From contig CACXNV010000006.1 of the NCBI GenBank assembly GCA_902769185.1, forward strand, positions 1,062 to 65,061: DNA of 64,000 nt, given 5' to 3'. The DNA comes from an uncultured Erysipelotrichaceae bacterium. GTDB lineage: Bacteria; Bacillota_I; Bacilli_A; RFN20; CAG-826. How positions within the stretch are numbered: the stretch's first letter is position 1; each line of letters starts with the position of its first letter. The notes under the pieces were generated by a model. The model saw only the letters and a program-made list of their open reading frames with translations. It made no database searches and had not been told where the DNA came from. The position numbers were made by a program, and so were the translations under genes. This document shows, piece after piece, positions 49,597 through 60,800 of this stretch.

Positions 49597-51405
49597 ATGA
49601 AAAAAAGAATTTTTAAGTGGTCTTTATTTCCTGCCATTGGTTTTTTGCTTTTCTCTTCTTTCGGGGTCGCTGCTTGTAGCAATTCCAGCTTTAAGCCAGC
49701 CTCTGTTAGGTTGAATAAGAAAGAAATCCAGATGTCGATTGGAGATAGAGAAGTTCTCACCGCAAGTGTTTCCAAAGGTTATGAAGGTTCGGAACTCGTA
49801 TGGATTAGTTCGAATGAATCAGTAGCTTATGTGGATGGCGGTTATGTTTTTGGAGTTGGTGAAGGTGAAGCTTATGTTAGAGCTTTCTATGGCGGAGGTA
49901 ATGATTACTGCCATGTCACCGTTAGTGATGGCGGTTCAGGACCAGTTGATACTCCAAGAATCAATCTTAATAAAAATAGTGAAACCATTAAAGAAAACGG
50001 TTCATTTACTTTAACAGTTACATCGATTTATCCAACTGATGCAACTGTTGAATTTAGAAGTAGTGATACCAATATTGCTACTCTTACTCAAATTGATGAC
50101 AAATCAGTCACAGTAACCGGTAAAACTGAAGGTAGTACAACAGTTACAGTAAGCGGAAGCAATGGAATCACAAAAGTTTGCCAAGTTACAGTTAGTAATG
50201 GTAGTACCCCATCTTCAGATTATGATACTGGTGATTTAGGTACTTTAGGATTTACTGGTAATTTAAAAATTGGATCACCTAAGAATCAAAGAACATTTAT
50301 GGAAGGTTTATTAGCAGACTTTAATACATTTACTGGTAGTAATATGACTTGGACCATTATGGACTTTGAAGAAGATAATGGTACTTCTGGATATAAAGAT
50401 GCATCTGGTATGCCTGCTGTATTCCCATACGCTAGTGACCAAACTATGACACTTTCTCAATTTGGCGCTTTAGCTAATGTTCCAAACTCTGATGTTGATT
50501 GGATCATAGACAATATGGGTGATAATGTAAGAAAAGCAGCTTCTTTAAATAAAGTTGTTGGTTATCCATTCGCTGCTGATAACGGCTTAGTTATGTTCTA
50601 TAGCAAGAGTGCAGTCGCTGGGCATGAAGAAGTTCTTGAAACTCTTCCTGGAATTCTTGATTATGCTCAATCTGAAGGCTTAGAAGTTGATTACAACTTA
50701 AATTCTGGCTTCTATTTAGCACCAGCACTTATGTCTTATAACAATGGTGAAGCTTTATATAATGTTGAACCTGATGGCCAATCCTATACCGCTACCAGCA
50801 ACTTCAACTGTGAAAATGGTTTAAAAGCAGCAAAAGATTTACGTAACGCAATTACGCATCCTGCAATTAGAAACGCAAACTCTGCTCCTAAACTTTCTGA
50901 TTATGTATTCGTTACAATTACTGACTGTTCTAAAGTTGAAAACTTTAAGAAATCATTAGGTAGTGAATATGCCGTTGCCCCTCTCCCATATATTGACTCT
51001 GCAAAAACTGCAAGATTAGGCAGTTTCTTAGGATATAAATTCTATGGCGTAAACTTACAATTAAGTAAGGACGACATGACAAAAGCAACTAATGTTGCAA
51101 GATTCTTATGTTCTGAATATGCACAACACAAGAGATTCGTTGAATATAATGTCAGACCAACATTATTACAATCAGTTATGAGCACTGACTTTATTGTTGA
51201 TGCTGCCAACGAACCACATATTAAAGCATTAGCTGAGCAATCTAAAAACAATGGTGTCATTCCAATGAAAGCTGTTTCCTCTTCTCTTTGGAGTGAATCC
51301 ATGGTGGCTTATTCAAGCCTTAAACTTATTCCAGCCGGCGCAGATGACGCCGCTTATGAAGCAGTCTTAAAATCCTTAGACAAGGCTTTAACAAAAGGAA
51401 GCTAA
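49597..51405 (+). CDS. Lipoprotein: two Big_2-like Ig domains fused to a family-1 (MalE-like) sugar-binding protein
   Basis: Lipobox GVAACSNS. There are two repeats of the Big_2 pattern (...VTASV...SSNESVAYV... and ...LTVTSIYP...FRSSDTNIATL...GSTTVTV). The C-terminal ~390 aa are solute-binding-like and the gene heads a MalFGK-type operon. Confidence 0.65.
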   Translation: MKKRIFKWSLFPAIGFLLFSSFGVAACSNSSFKPASVRLNKKEIQMSIGDREVLTASVSKGYEGSELVWISSNESVAYVDGGYVFGVGEGEAYVRAFYGGGNDYCHVTVSDGGSGPVDTPRINLNKNSETIKENGSFTLTVTSIYPTDATVEFRSSDTNIATLTQIDDKSVTVTGKTEGSTTVTVSGSNGITKVCQVTVSNGSTPSSDYDTGDLGTLGFTGNLKIGSPKNQRTFMEGLLADFNTFTGSNMTWTIMDFEEDNGTSGYKDASGMPAVFPYASDQTMTLSQFGALANVPNSDVDWIIDNMGDNVRKAASLNKVVGYPFAADNGLVMFYSKSAVAGHEEVLETLPGILDYAQSEGLEVDYNLNSGFYLAPALMSYNNGEALYNVEPDGQSYTATSNFNCENGLKAAKDLRNAITHPAIRNANSAPKLSDYVFVTITDCSKVENFKKSLGSEYAVAPLPYIDSAKTARLGSFLGYKFYGVNLQLSKDDMTKATNVARFLCSEYAQHKRFVEYNVRPTLLQSVMSTDFIVDAANEPHIKALAEQSKNNGVIPMKAVSSSLWSESMVAYSSLKLIPAGADDAAYEAVLKSLDKALTKGS

Positions 51406-51425
51406 TTTTCTAGGTATTATTATTT

Positions 51426-52943
51426 ATGACAACGATTCAATATTTATCGTTAACAAAATATGAGAGATTCCTTGTCAATCTTGGGAATTTCTTTAAAGGA
51501 TTTGGCATTGGTTTTGTTAATTTCTTTAAAAGAATCCCAAATAAGTTATTAAAACTTTGGCATAAGATTATTTCCCCATTTGATACCATTACCGAAGCCT
51601 GGAAGAAAGGTTCTTGGGGTGTAAGAACAAATTTCTTGGTTATGGGTTTTTATCAATTAACTCATCATCAAGTAATTAGAGGAGTTCTCTATCTTTTGTT
51701 TGAGGCCGTCTTCATCTGGTTTATGATTGCTGCTGGTGGCCCATATTTAGCAAAATTAGGAAACTTAGGCTCATTTGCTGCTAATAGCAGTATGTATGTT
51801 GACGATGTTGGTCAAGGAACAACCTTGATTATTCAAGGCGGAGATCTTTCCTTCTCTATCCTTTTATACTCCATCGCCACAATTATTTTGATGTTAATCT
51901 TTGTCGCTTTATGGTTCTTCTCTATTAGAGACGCCAAATCGCTTCAAGATAACAATTATGTCGGACGTTATGCAAAAGATTCACAGTTCTTCCATGACAT
52001 TCTTGACTCTAAATACCATACCTTATTACTTGCAATTCCAATCGTTGGACTTGTCGGATTCACTGTTATTCCAGTCATCTTTATGATTGTTACTGGTTTT
52101 ACAAACTATAGCGGATCTCAGTTCTATTTATTTGACTGGGTTGGATTTGATAACTACGCAAACTTCTTCTCAAGTTCTAATTCTTCTGGACTTGTTAGCG
52201 TTTTCTTTAAAGTTTTGGCGTGGACCCTTTTATGGGCATTACTTGCAACATTTACTAACTATTTCTTAGGAATGATTGTTGCCTTATTAATTAATAAAAA
52301 AGGTATTAAATTAAAGAAATTATGGAGAACAGTTTTAATCTTAACAATCGCTGTTCCTCAATTCGTTTCTTTGCTTTTAATTAACCAGATGCTTGCTGGT
52401 AATGGTGTACTTACTAATTTATTCCGTGATTGGGGATGGATTAGTGGTGCTGAAAGCGCTTTTGATAATAGGTTATTATCTCGTATTCTCATTATTGTGG
52501 TAAACACATGGGTTGGTGTTCCTTACACAATGCTCATTTGTTCTGGTATTTTAATGAATATTCCTGAAGATTTATATGAATCTGCGAGAATCGATGGTGC
52601 TTCTCCAATGAAGATGTATACCGCAATCACATTGCCTTATATGCTCTTCATTACAGGTCCATACTTATTATCACAGTTCATAGGAAATATTAATAACTTC
52701 AATATTGTTTATCTCTTATCTCGTGGCGCTCCTTCAATGGGTATGGCTTCACTGGGATATGGAGATGTTGGTGAAACTGACTTATTAATTACCTGGATTT
52801 ATAAAATGTCTATGGAAGGACAAGACAAAGCATACGCAGTTGCCTGTGCTCTTGGCGTGTTAGTCTTTATTATCATTGCTGTCTTCTCACTTATTTTCTA
52901 TGGACGAAGTAATTCTGTTAAGAATGAGGAGGATTTCCAATAA
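51426..52943 (+). CDS. Sugar ABC permease (MalF-like)
   Basis: EAA loop (YESARIDGASPMKMYTAITLP). 505 aa with an extended N-terminal region. Confidence 0.85.
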   Translation: MTTIQYLSLTKYERFLVNLGNFFKGFGIGFVNFFKRIPNKLLKLWHKIISPFDTITEAWKKGSWGVRTNFLVMGFYQLTHHQVIRGVLYLLFEAVFIWFMIAAGGPYLAKLGNLGSFAANSSMYVDDVGQGTTLIIQGGDLSFSILLYSIATIILMLIFVALWFFSIRDAKSLQDNNYVGRYAKDSQFFHDILDSKYHTLLLAIPIVGLVGFTVIPVIFMIVTGFTNYSGSQFYLFDWVGFDNYANFFSSSNSSGLVSVFFKVLAWTLLWALLATFTNYFLGMIVALLINKKGIKLKKLWRTVLILTIAVPQFVSLLLINQMLAGNGVLTNLFRDWGWISGAESAFDNRLLSRILIIVVNTWVGVPYTMLICSGILMNIPEDLYESARIDGASPMKMYTAITLPYMLFITGPYLLSQFIGNINNFNIVYLLSRGAPSMGMASLGYGDVGETDLLITWIYKMSMEGQDKAYAVACALGVLVFIIIAVFSLIFYGRSNSVKNEEDFQ

Positions 52944-53815
52944 TGGCAAAGATTCACGCTTCCAAAAGATTTGCGGAAAAAAGCTCAAAAATAACAACTT
53001 ATGTCGTTTTGACTATTATCTCTGTTATTTGGTTATTCCCATTCTTCTATTTAATTCTTCAATCATTTGCAGATATTCAAAATACTGCATATAACTCCAA
53101 AAGTATTATTCCAAACGTTTGGACTTTTAATAATTACAAAGCGTTATTTACCGATTCACGTGTTCCATTTATGAGTTGGTGGTTTAACACTTTGATTATT
53201 GCTTTCTTTACTGCCTTACTTCAAACTATCTTAGTTTTGATGACCTCGTACGCGTTATCTAGATTAAGATTTAAAGGCAGACAAGGACTCATGAAATTAA
53301 TCCTTATTCTAGGCATGTTCCCTGGATTTTTAGGAATGTTGGTTATCTACTATATTCTTGAATTATTAGGATTAAATACATCAATTTATTCGTTAATTTT
53401 GGTTTACACCGCATCTAGTGCGATGAGCTATTACGTTGCTAAAGGATTCTTTGATACGATTCCTAAATCATTAGACGAGGCGGTTATGATTGATGGTGGA
53501 ACTAAAAACACAGTTTTCTGGAGAATTATTATTCCGCTTTCTAAACCAATTATTATTTATACCATCTTAGTATCATTTACTGGGCCTTGGGGCGACTTTA
53601 TGTTTGGTAAATACATCATTCAGTCTGCCGGTATTCAACCAACCGGTTATACCATCGCTGTTGGTTTGCAAGGTTTAACCACAATGTCTACTAATGATTT
53701 ATATGGAGCGTTCTGCGCTGGCGCAGTTCTCGTTTCCATTCCGATTACCGCGTTATTCTTCTGGTTACAACGTTACTATGTTGAAGGTATCGCTGGTGGT
53801 GCGGTTAAAGGTTAA
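52943..53815 (+). CDS. Sugar ABC permease (MalG-like)
   Basis: EAA loop (LDEAVMIDGGTKNTVFWRIIIPL). 6 TM helices. Confidence 0.85.
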   Translation: MAKIHASKRFAEKSSKITTYVVLTIISVIWLFPFFYLILQSFADIQNTAYNSKSIIPNVWTFNNYKALFTDSRVPFMSWWFNTLIIAFFTALLQTILVLMTSYALSRLRFKGRQGLMKLILILGMFPGFLGMLVIYYILELLGLNTSIYSLILVYTASSAMSYYVAKGFFDTIPKSLDEAVMIDGGTKNTVFWRIIIPLSKPIIIYTILVSFTGPWGDFMFGKYIIQSAGIQPTGYTIAVGLQGLTTMSTNDLYGAFCAGAVLVSIPITALFFWLQRYYVEGIAGGAVKG

Positions 53816-53830
53816 TAGGAGGAAGATTAT

Positions 53831-56389
53831 ATGGCTTCTTTAAAATTAGAACACATTTACAAAGTTTATCCTAACGGACATAAAGCTGTTAGTGACTTTA
53901 ACATGAATATTGAAGACGGTGAATTTATCGTTTTCGTTGGTCCTTCTGGCTGTGGTAAATCTACTACTTTAAGAATGATTGCTGGCTTAGAAGAAATCTC
54001 TACTGGTGAGCTTTATATCGGTGACACTCTTGTTAACGATATGCAACCAAAAGATAGAGATATCGCCATGGTCTTCCAAAACTATGCTCTTTATCCACAT
54101 ATGACTGTTTATGAAAACATGGCTTTCGGTCTTACACTTCGTAAAACCCCAAGAACTGAAATTCATGAAAAAGTGATGTGGGCCGCTGAAGTATTAGGCT
54201 TAAAAGATTATTTAGATAGAAAACCAAAAGCGATGTCTGGTGGTCAAAGACAACGTGTTTCTTTAGGAAGAGCAATTTTAAGAAATCCTAAAGTTATGTT
54301 ACTTGACGAACCATTATCAAACCTTGATGCGAAATTAAGAGGTCAAATGAGAAGTATGATCTCTAAACTCCATCAACAATTAAAGACAACGTTTATTTAC
54401 GTTACTCACGACCAAGTCGAAGCTATGACTTTAGGTACTAGAGTAGTGGTTATGAAATTAGGACGTGTCCAACAAATTGATACTCCGCAAAATTTATATG
54501 ATCACCCAGTGAATAAATTCGTTGCTGGATTTATCGGAACTCCGCAAATGAACTTCTTTAACGTTAGATTAAAAGATAACGGAAAAGATGTTGATGTATT
54601 ATGGCAAGACTGTGAACAACCTGCCTTAAAACTCACCCATGATCAAGTATTAAAAGCTGAAAGAAAGTATTTAACTGGTGAAAAAGATATCATCTTAGGT
54701 TTCAGATGCGAAGCTATCTCCGCGGATGAAGAAGAACTTGCAAAAGGCGATAATATCGTCGATGTGACCATTTCTCACTTTGAAGAACTTGGTAATGAAA
54801 CACTTATCTATGGTGATTTAAAAGAAATTGAAGGCTTAGGCGCAGAAAGTAAAACTTCTGTGATTATCAAGGCTCCAAGCAAAATGGGACATGTTGCTGG
54901 AGATGTCATTAAAGCTAGAGTAGATGTTTCTAGAATCCATTTATTTGATGCTGAAACTGAAGTCACAATTATTCCTCAAATCCCAGATAGAAATGTTTTA
55001 CCTGTCACTATCGAAAATGAAAAGATGACTTTATTTGGCACCGCTACTAAACCTCAATCAATTCCTGTTGATTATTTAGTTAACGGAACAATTGCTTTAC
55101 CTTTAGATGCAACTGTTATTTCTGAATCTGGTAGTGTTGAAGGCAAGGTTGAATTAGTAGAAAAACATCGTGAAGCTACTATTGCTTTAGTTAAAGTTGG
55201 CGACAAGAAATTATTCTTAAAAGTTGGCGATGACGTGAAAAAGGGTAGCACTGTTAAATTCATGGTGGATTATTCACGTGCTACATTTAGAGATGAAAAT
55301 GATCAAGTGGTGGCTGAACCTCTCAAAGATAGAGATTGCATTAATGCCACATTTGTAAACTTCAAGACTGTTTCTGAAGTGACTGGCGATGCTCATTTTG
55401 AAGCATTAAAACAAGAAAAAGTTGCTAAAGTCCAAGAAGAGTTTGCGGAAAAACGTAATGCCTTTGAACAAGAAAAAGCTAAAGCTTTAGAAGATGCACA
55501 AGCTCGTCAAGCCGCTATTGATCCACAAGTTGGACAAAAAGAAGCAGAAATGGAAGCACGCAGAATGGAACTTTCTAATCAACTTAAGGAAGCTAAAGCG
55601 AAATATTCTGCTGATGTTAAGGAAGCAAAAGCCAGACATAAACAAATTAGAAAAGAAGAGATGGCAAAAATCAATGAGCAATATCGCAAGATTAAAGAAG
55701 ATGAAGCTCTTGATTATAAAGATTTCATGATGAAAAACAAAGACAGAGAATCTCGCCGTTCTCGTCGATTATCCTATAGTGTCTTCCGTGAAAACTTCCC
55801 ACAAATGAAACAAAGTGAAGTTGAAAGAAGAATGAATGCTTTAGATTTTGATAAAGAAACTGAATTAAATGGATTAAAAGCTCATTATTCCCAATTTGTT
55901 GCCTTAAGCAAAGACAAAATGAAGGAAGAAGAAAGACTCTTTAAAGAAGAGTGTTATCCACTTGAAACCGTTACTAAAGAATATGAAAAGAAAACTAAGG
56001 CATTTGATAAAGAAGAAGCTGACGCTCTTAGACGTGCTGAACTCTTATTCTTCTTTAAATATGATTATTATTATCAATTATTATCTGATGATATTACCAA
56101 CAAGATTATTCAAGGTATGGGCGAAAGAGTCTTTACCAAAGTGTTCCGTATTGAAGTCCCACATGATGGATTTGAAGAAAAAGAAGGCGCTTTGGAATTC
56201 AAAGTCGTTTCCCTTGTTAACTATGGTGATGTCAAACTTTATAAATGCGCTGGTGAAATGTATGGTGAAAAAGTCACCGCATATATTAATCAAGAAAGGG
56301 ATATTGCTTTAGGTTCCGTAATTCACCTATCCCCTATCGTGGAAAAGACACAAATTTACGAAGACGAACGCAATATTAGGTTGTACTAA
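53831..56389 (+). CDS. MalK/MsmX-type sugar ABC ATPase with a ~470-aa C-terminal extension (852 aa)
   Basis: Residues 1-~385 form a canonical ATPase (GPSGCGKST, MSGGQRQR, LLDEPLSNLD) plus a regulatory barrel. The ORF continues uninterrupted through a Lys/Glu-rich region to a second barrel-like C-terminus. Confidence 0.85.
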   Translation: MASLKLEHIYKVYPNGHKAVSDFNMNIEDGEFIVFVGPSGCGKSTTLRMIAGLEEISTGELYIGDTLVNDMQPKDRDIAMVFQNYALYPHMTVYENMAFGLTLRKTPRTEIHEKVMWAAEVLGLKDYLDRKPKAMSGGQRQRVSLGRAILRNPKVMLLDEPLSNLDAKLRGQMRSMISKLHQQLKTTFIYVTHDQVEAMTLGTRVVVMKLGRVQQIDTPQNLYDHPVNKFVAGFIGTPQMNFFNVRLKDNGKDVDVLWQDCEQPALKLTHDQVLKAERKYLTGEKDIILGFRCEAISADEEELAKGDNIVDVTISHFEELGNETLIYGDLKEIEGLGAESKTSVIIKAPSKMGHVAGDVIKARVDVSRIHLFDAETEVTIIPQIPDRNVLPVTIENEKMTLFGTATKPQSIPVDYLVNGTIALPLDATVISESGSVEGKVELVEKHREATIALVKVGDKKLFLKVGDDVKKGSTVKFMVDYSRATFRDENDQVVAEPLKDRDCINATFVNFKTVSEVTGDAHFEALKQEKVAKVQEEFAEKRNAFEQEKAKALEDAQARQAAIDPQVGQKEAEMEARRMELSNQLKEAKAKYSADVKEAKARHKQIRKEEMAKINEQYRKIKEDEALDYKDFMMKNKDRESRRSRRLSYSVFRENFPQMKQSEVERRMNALDFDKETELNGLKAHYSQFVALSKDKMKEEERLFKEECYPLETVTKEYEKKTKAFDKEEADALRRAELLFFFKYDYYYQLLSDDITNKIIQGMGERVFTKVFRIEVPHDGFEEKEGALEFKVVSLVNYGDVKLYKCAGEMYGEKVTAYINQERDIALGSVIHLSPIVEKTQIYEDERNIRLY

Positions 56390-57201
56390 TGCTTAAAAAA
56401 TTAACTCCCTTCTTAATTATTCCAATTCTCCTTACTAGCTGTGGACAAGATTCTGTAAGTTTAGAGCAAGCTAAAGAAGCAGTGTCTCGTTATTCTACAG
56501 AGACTGTTTATCCATATTACAAAGTAATTGGTAAATTGGATTTTAATGGCGAAATCACATCTGTTGATGCGACTTTTGATCAAACTCCTGAAGTTGATAA
56601 ATTTGTTCCATACGCTAGATATAATGAAGGATTCTTCAACGATACCGCTGATCCAAGAAGCAGTGATTTCGATATCATTATTTATGCGATGGCTTCAAGA
56701 AGCTATTGGCTAAGAGCGCCATTAAGAATTAATTCTGAAAACTTCTTTGCTTATAGTAAAGACAAAACCACTGGTGAGTTTACTAGTAGCGAAAATAATA
56801 CATGTGCTCATTATATTTTAGAACACTTGATTACGTCTTATGTTGGTCAAGCCGCTAATGCAAATCCAAGTGGAATGCATATGTATATGAAAATTCTTCC
56901 TGATGGTGGAATGATTTTCGGTGGCGAAAGCATTCACACAACTGTAAAAATTGATAATTATCCATATTATCCTGATTATAATGCTCATCCAGAATTGTAT
57001 CCTTGGAAAGATTATAATCCTCTCCCATGTTATGGAAACTCAGTTAATTTCAAAGGAGATATATTCTTTGAATATAATAAAGATGGCTGGCTTATTAAAG
57101 AAAGTATGTATTCTAAAGGATACGATGCTAATTCATCAAGCGTTGCCCAAGTTGGTTTAGAGGCTGTTTATTCATACGAATTTGGTCCAACAAATCCATA
57201 A
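56389..57201 (+). CDS. Lipoprotein, unknown function (in maltodextrin operon)
   Basis: Lipobox LLTSCGQDS. The ATG overlaps the ATPase stop (taATG). Confidence 0.65.
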   Translation: MLKKLTPFLIIPILLTSCGQDSVSLEQAKEAVSRYSTETVYPYYKVIGKLDFNGEITSVDATFDQTPEVDKFVPYARYNEGFFNDTADPRSSDFDIIIYAMASRSYWLRAPLRINSENFFAYSKDKTTGEFTSSENNTCAHYILEHLITSYVGQAANANPSGMHMYMKILPDGGMIFGGESIHTTVKIDNYPYYPDYNAHPELYPWKDYNPLPCYGNSVNFKGDIFFEYNKDGWLIKESMYSKGYDANSSSVAQVGLEAVYSYEFGPTNP

Positions 57202-57202
57202 T

Positions 57203-57871
57203 ATGAAAAAGATTCTTTTACCTTTACTTGTTGTCTTGACTTTAACTGGCTGTCATACGAAGCCAGAATTAAGAAAAGATATTGCCGACTTTATCTCCCA
57301 ATTCTCGTTAAAAGAATCAATGGATGCATATAAAAGCGGAGGCTATACGTATCTTGTTGAAGATAACATTGAAGGAAAGAAAAGTGTTACACGAATAGAG
57401 ATGGAATTCTCTTATCTAGATGCGAATCATCCAACTTATTCAAAAATAACTACAAATTATGAAGATGATGTTCAAACATCTAAAGAAGAAGTCGAATTTG
57501 TAGAAATGGATGAAAAATACTACATCTCCACTAATGGTGAACTCAAAGAATCATCACTAGATGAATGCAGTAAGCTAATTGAAAACTTCTTCTTCCTAAA
57601 AAGCCAGGTTGATGGTGAATATCACACTCAAGGAATGTATTACGGTGACTATATCAAACAAATCGCTCCTGTAGTACAAAACCGAATCACCATCGATCAA
57701 GAAAATGAGCTTTACCTTTATGAATATGAAGTTGAAGCTATCCAAGATGGAGTGATTGTGAATTACACCCAGAATTATTCAGTTAATAAACTAGGGATGT
57801 TGGTTGAAAATCATGCAATTGCTCAAAGTGTGAAAGAAACTAAAAAAACGGACGTTTATGTCCACGATTAA
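57203..57871 (+). CDS. Lipoprotein, unknown function
   Basis: Lipobox LTLTGCHTK. ATG57203 lies 2 nt after the upstream stop. Confidence 0.65.
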   Translation: MKKILLPLLVVLTLTGCHTKPELRKDIADFISQFSLKESMDAYKSGGYTYLVEDNIEGKKSVTRIEMEFSYLDANHPTYSKITTNYEDDVQTSKEEVEFVEMDEKYYISTNGELKESSLDECSKLIENFFFLKSQVDGEYHTQGMYYGDYIKQIAPVVQNRITIDQENELYLYEYEVEAIQDGVIVNYTQNYSVNKLGMLVENHAIAQSVKETKKTDVYVHD

Positions 57872-57895
57872 GATTGTTAAAAGGAGAAAGAAATT

Positions 57896-60800
57896 ATGCG
57901 AAAAAGAATATTAATCCCATTAATTGTTAGCATATTTTCATTAGGTGCTTGTAGTGACAACACTATGGTCATTAATCCTACGCAAGAAGTTGATTATGTT
58001 GATTTATCGAATACAACATTATCCCTTGCTATTGGTGAAACCCAAACTTTAACTGCTTTATCTTCAGATGGTAAAACAGTTAGCTGGGCTAATAGTGACT
58101 CTACAGTAGTTAGATTAACGTATCAAGGCAATGTTGCTACTGTTTCAGGTTTAGCTAAAGGTTCTGCTAATATTATCGCTATTCATGGCGGTAAGAGTGC
58201 TGTTTGTACTGTTACAGTTGGTGGTGGTAATGTCGAACCTACTATTTCTTTAACTCTTTCTCCTACTTCTAAACAATTATTTGTAAACGACGAATTTATT
58301 TTAAATGCTTCTGTAAGCGGATCTACAAATCCTGTAACATTCTCTTCTAGCGACAATAGTGTTGCTACAGTTGAAAGCAAAGATAATGTTTCCGCAAAAG
58401 TTAAGGGTGTTAGCGAAGGTTTAGCGACTATTATTGCTAAAGTCGGAACTAAAACCGCATCTTGTTCAGTTACTGTTGTTGATCCTGAAAGTGATATTTA
58501 TATTTCTTTAGACAAATCAACTTTAACAATGGTTGAAGGCACTAGTGATGTATTAAAAGCTACTTATCGTCCAGCTAGTGCGACAGTTACTTGGGGATCT
58601 AGCGATTCAAGCGTTGTTGAAGTCACTAATGGTAATATTAGAGCCTTAAAAGCAGGTAGCGCTGATATTACCGCTACCGTTAGTAGTGAAGGCGACAATC
58701 GTACTGCTTCTTGTCATGTTACTGTTACTGGTAGCGGCGGAGAAAGCGCATATGATGATTTAATTAAAGGCTGGTCTAAACCAGGTCACTTATATTTCCA
58801 CTATTTAAGAAATAGTGATACTGATTATGATAAATGGGCTATTTGGGCATGGCCAAACTATCCTGATGATGGAGAAGGTAGTTTATGGGGTGCATCTCAT
58901 AATTATGATCAAAAAGGTATTACTCCACAAACTTGGGGTTGGATGACTAACGCCGAATGTGGTGGAGAAGGTACAGATACTTATTGTGATGAATATGGAC
59001 AAGTCATGGACATTGTTCTTGATCAATCATTAATTCCTGGTGGCGTTGTTGGTGGAAGAACTGGCAACCCTGCACCTCTTATTGGTGATTATCTCTGGAC
59101 CGAAGAATATAAACAATTGTATTTATCAGCTGCTATTGGTTTCTTAGTTGTTGACCAAACCAAAATGGATGGTAGCGACATGTGGACATCTGATGGTGGA
59201 GCTGAAAGCTATATTAAACGTATTGGTAGAATTATGCCTGATGGCAAAAATGGTTATTTGCATGTCTACGCTGTTGAAGGTGCTGTAAGTGATTTTAAAA
59301 CCACTAGTGGTACTCAAACTATTGTTAACCCAACCGCTACTGATGATACAGGTAAATACCGTTCTAAAAATGATATTACCAACTTAAAATATGATGCCTT
59401 TACTTCTGGAGTGAGTACATCTACTTCATTCTTAAATGACCGTCCAGGAACTGGATATCAAATCTTTGTTCCATCTTTCTGCGACAGCAATGGTGATGGT
59501 TATGGAGATATTAAAGGTATCACCTCAAAATTAGATTATTTAGAAGATCTTGGAATCGATGTTTTATGGTTAACACCAATTCAAGAAAGTAATTCGTATC
59601 ATGGATACGATGTTACCGACTACTACAAGATTGACCAAAGATTTGGAACCTTACAAGATTACCAAGAATTATTATATAAAGCCCATGCGAAGGGCATGAA
59701 AGTCTTAATGGATATGGTTATCAACCATACCTCTAAGAGTAACGTCTTATATAAGAAATCTCAAAGAGCAGAACCAGGAGTTCTTCCTAGCGGAAAAGAA
59801 TTCAACTATCGTGATATGTATGTCTGGAAATTTAAAGGCGATCAGATCTTAGAATGGAACGGAGTGGAAGCACCTGATCCAAAGAAACCATATGGTCCTG
59901 ATAATCCTGCTACATTTGTCACTAAGAATGTTGAAGATTCTTCTGACTGGTATAGAGATGGAACTTCTAATTACTACTACTACGGCAAATTCGGTAGTGG
60001 TATGGCCGAACTCAATTATTCTTGCCAAGCCACAAGAGATTATATGACCGATATGTGTAAATATTGGTTAAGCTTTGGTCTAGACGGCTTCAGATTAGAC
60101 GCGATTAAACATATTTACTTATTATCTGAATTAGATCCAACCTATAACTATTCTGGTGATTATGTTACTTATGATGTTGGTTATCGTACTTACTATAATC
60201 CAGAACTAGGAAGAGAAATCAAAGTCATGAATGACTACACTTATGACCGTGACCTTAACGTTATGTTCTGGAAACAGTTTGCCGGCACTATTAAAGCGGC
60301 TTATCCAAATTGTTTCTTAGTTGGTGAAAACTTCGATGGATGGAATCAAAGAATTGCTCCATTCTATGAAGCTATTGACTCTCAATTTGACTTCTCAACT
60401 TATTATCATTTACATGAATCTACTATTTCTGGTGGTGGCGCTACCGCTATGGGTGGAGATATCACTGCTACATTAGGCTATAATGCTTCATTCCGTGGCA
60501 AAGCCATTAATGGTGCCTTTACTTCTAACCACGATGTCGCTAGATTACTTAACCACGCTGCATCAACTGATGTAAAAGCACATCACGCTGAAGTTAATAC
60601 TTCTAACTGGGATAGCGCAATTAAACGTGCTAAATGGTTTAGTGCCATTACAATTTTAAGTCCAGGATTAAGCTGGATCTATTATGGTGATGAAATTGGC
60701 TTATGTGGTAACTTAGGCGATAAGATTCAAGATGTTGATGACCATGGTAACAATGTCGATAGATGGTATCGTCAACCAATGAGATGGGGCACAACTTATG

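Noticed and set aside
55487-56312. Nested ORFs inside the MalK-like extension (55487..55681 on the minus strand, 55494..55730 and 55962..56312 on the plus strand)
   Set aside because: These are low-complexity Lys/Glu-rich off-frame or antisense ORFs of the kind generated by AAG/GAA-rich coding sequence. The main frame is continuous from 53831 to 56389.
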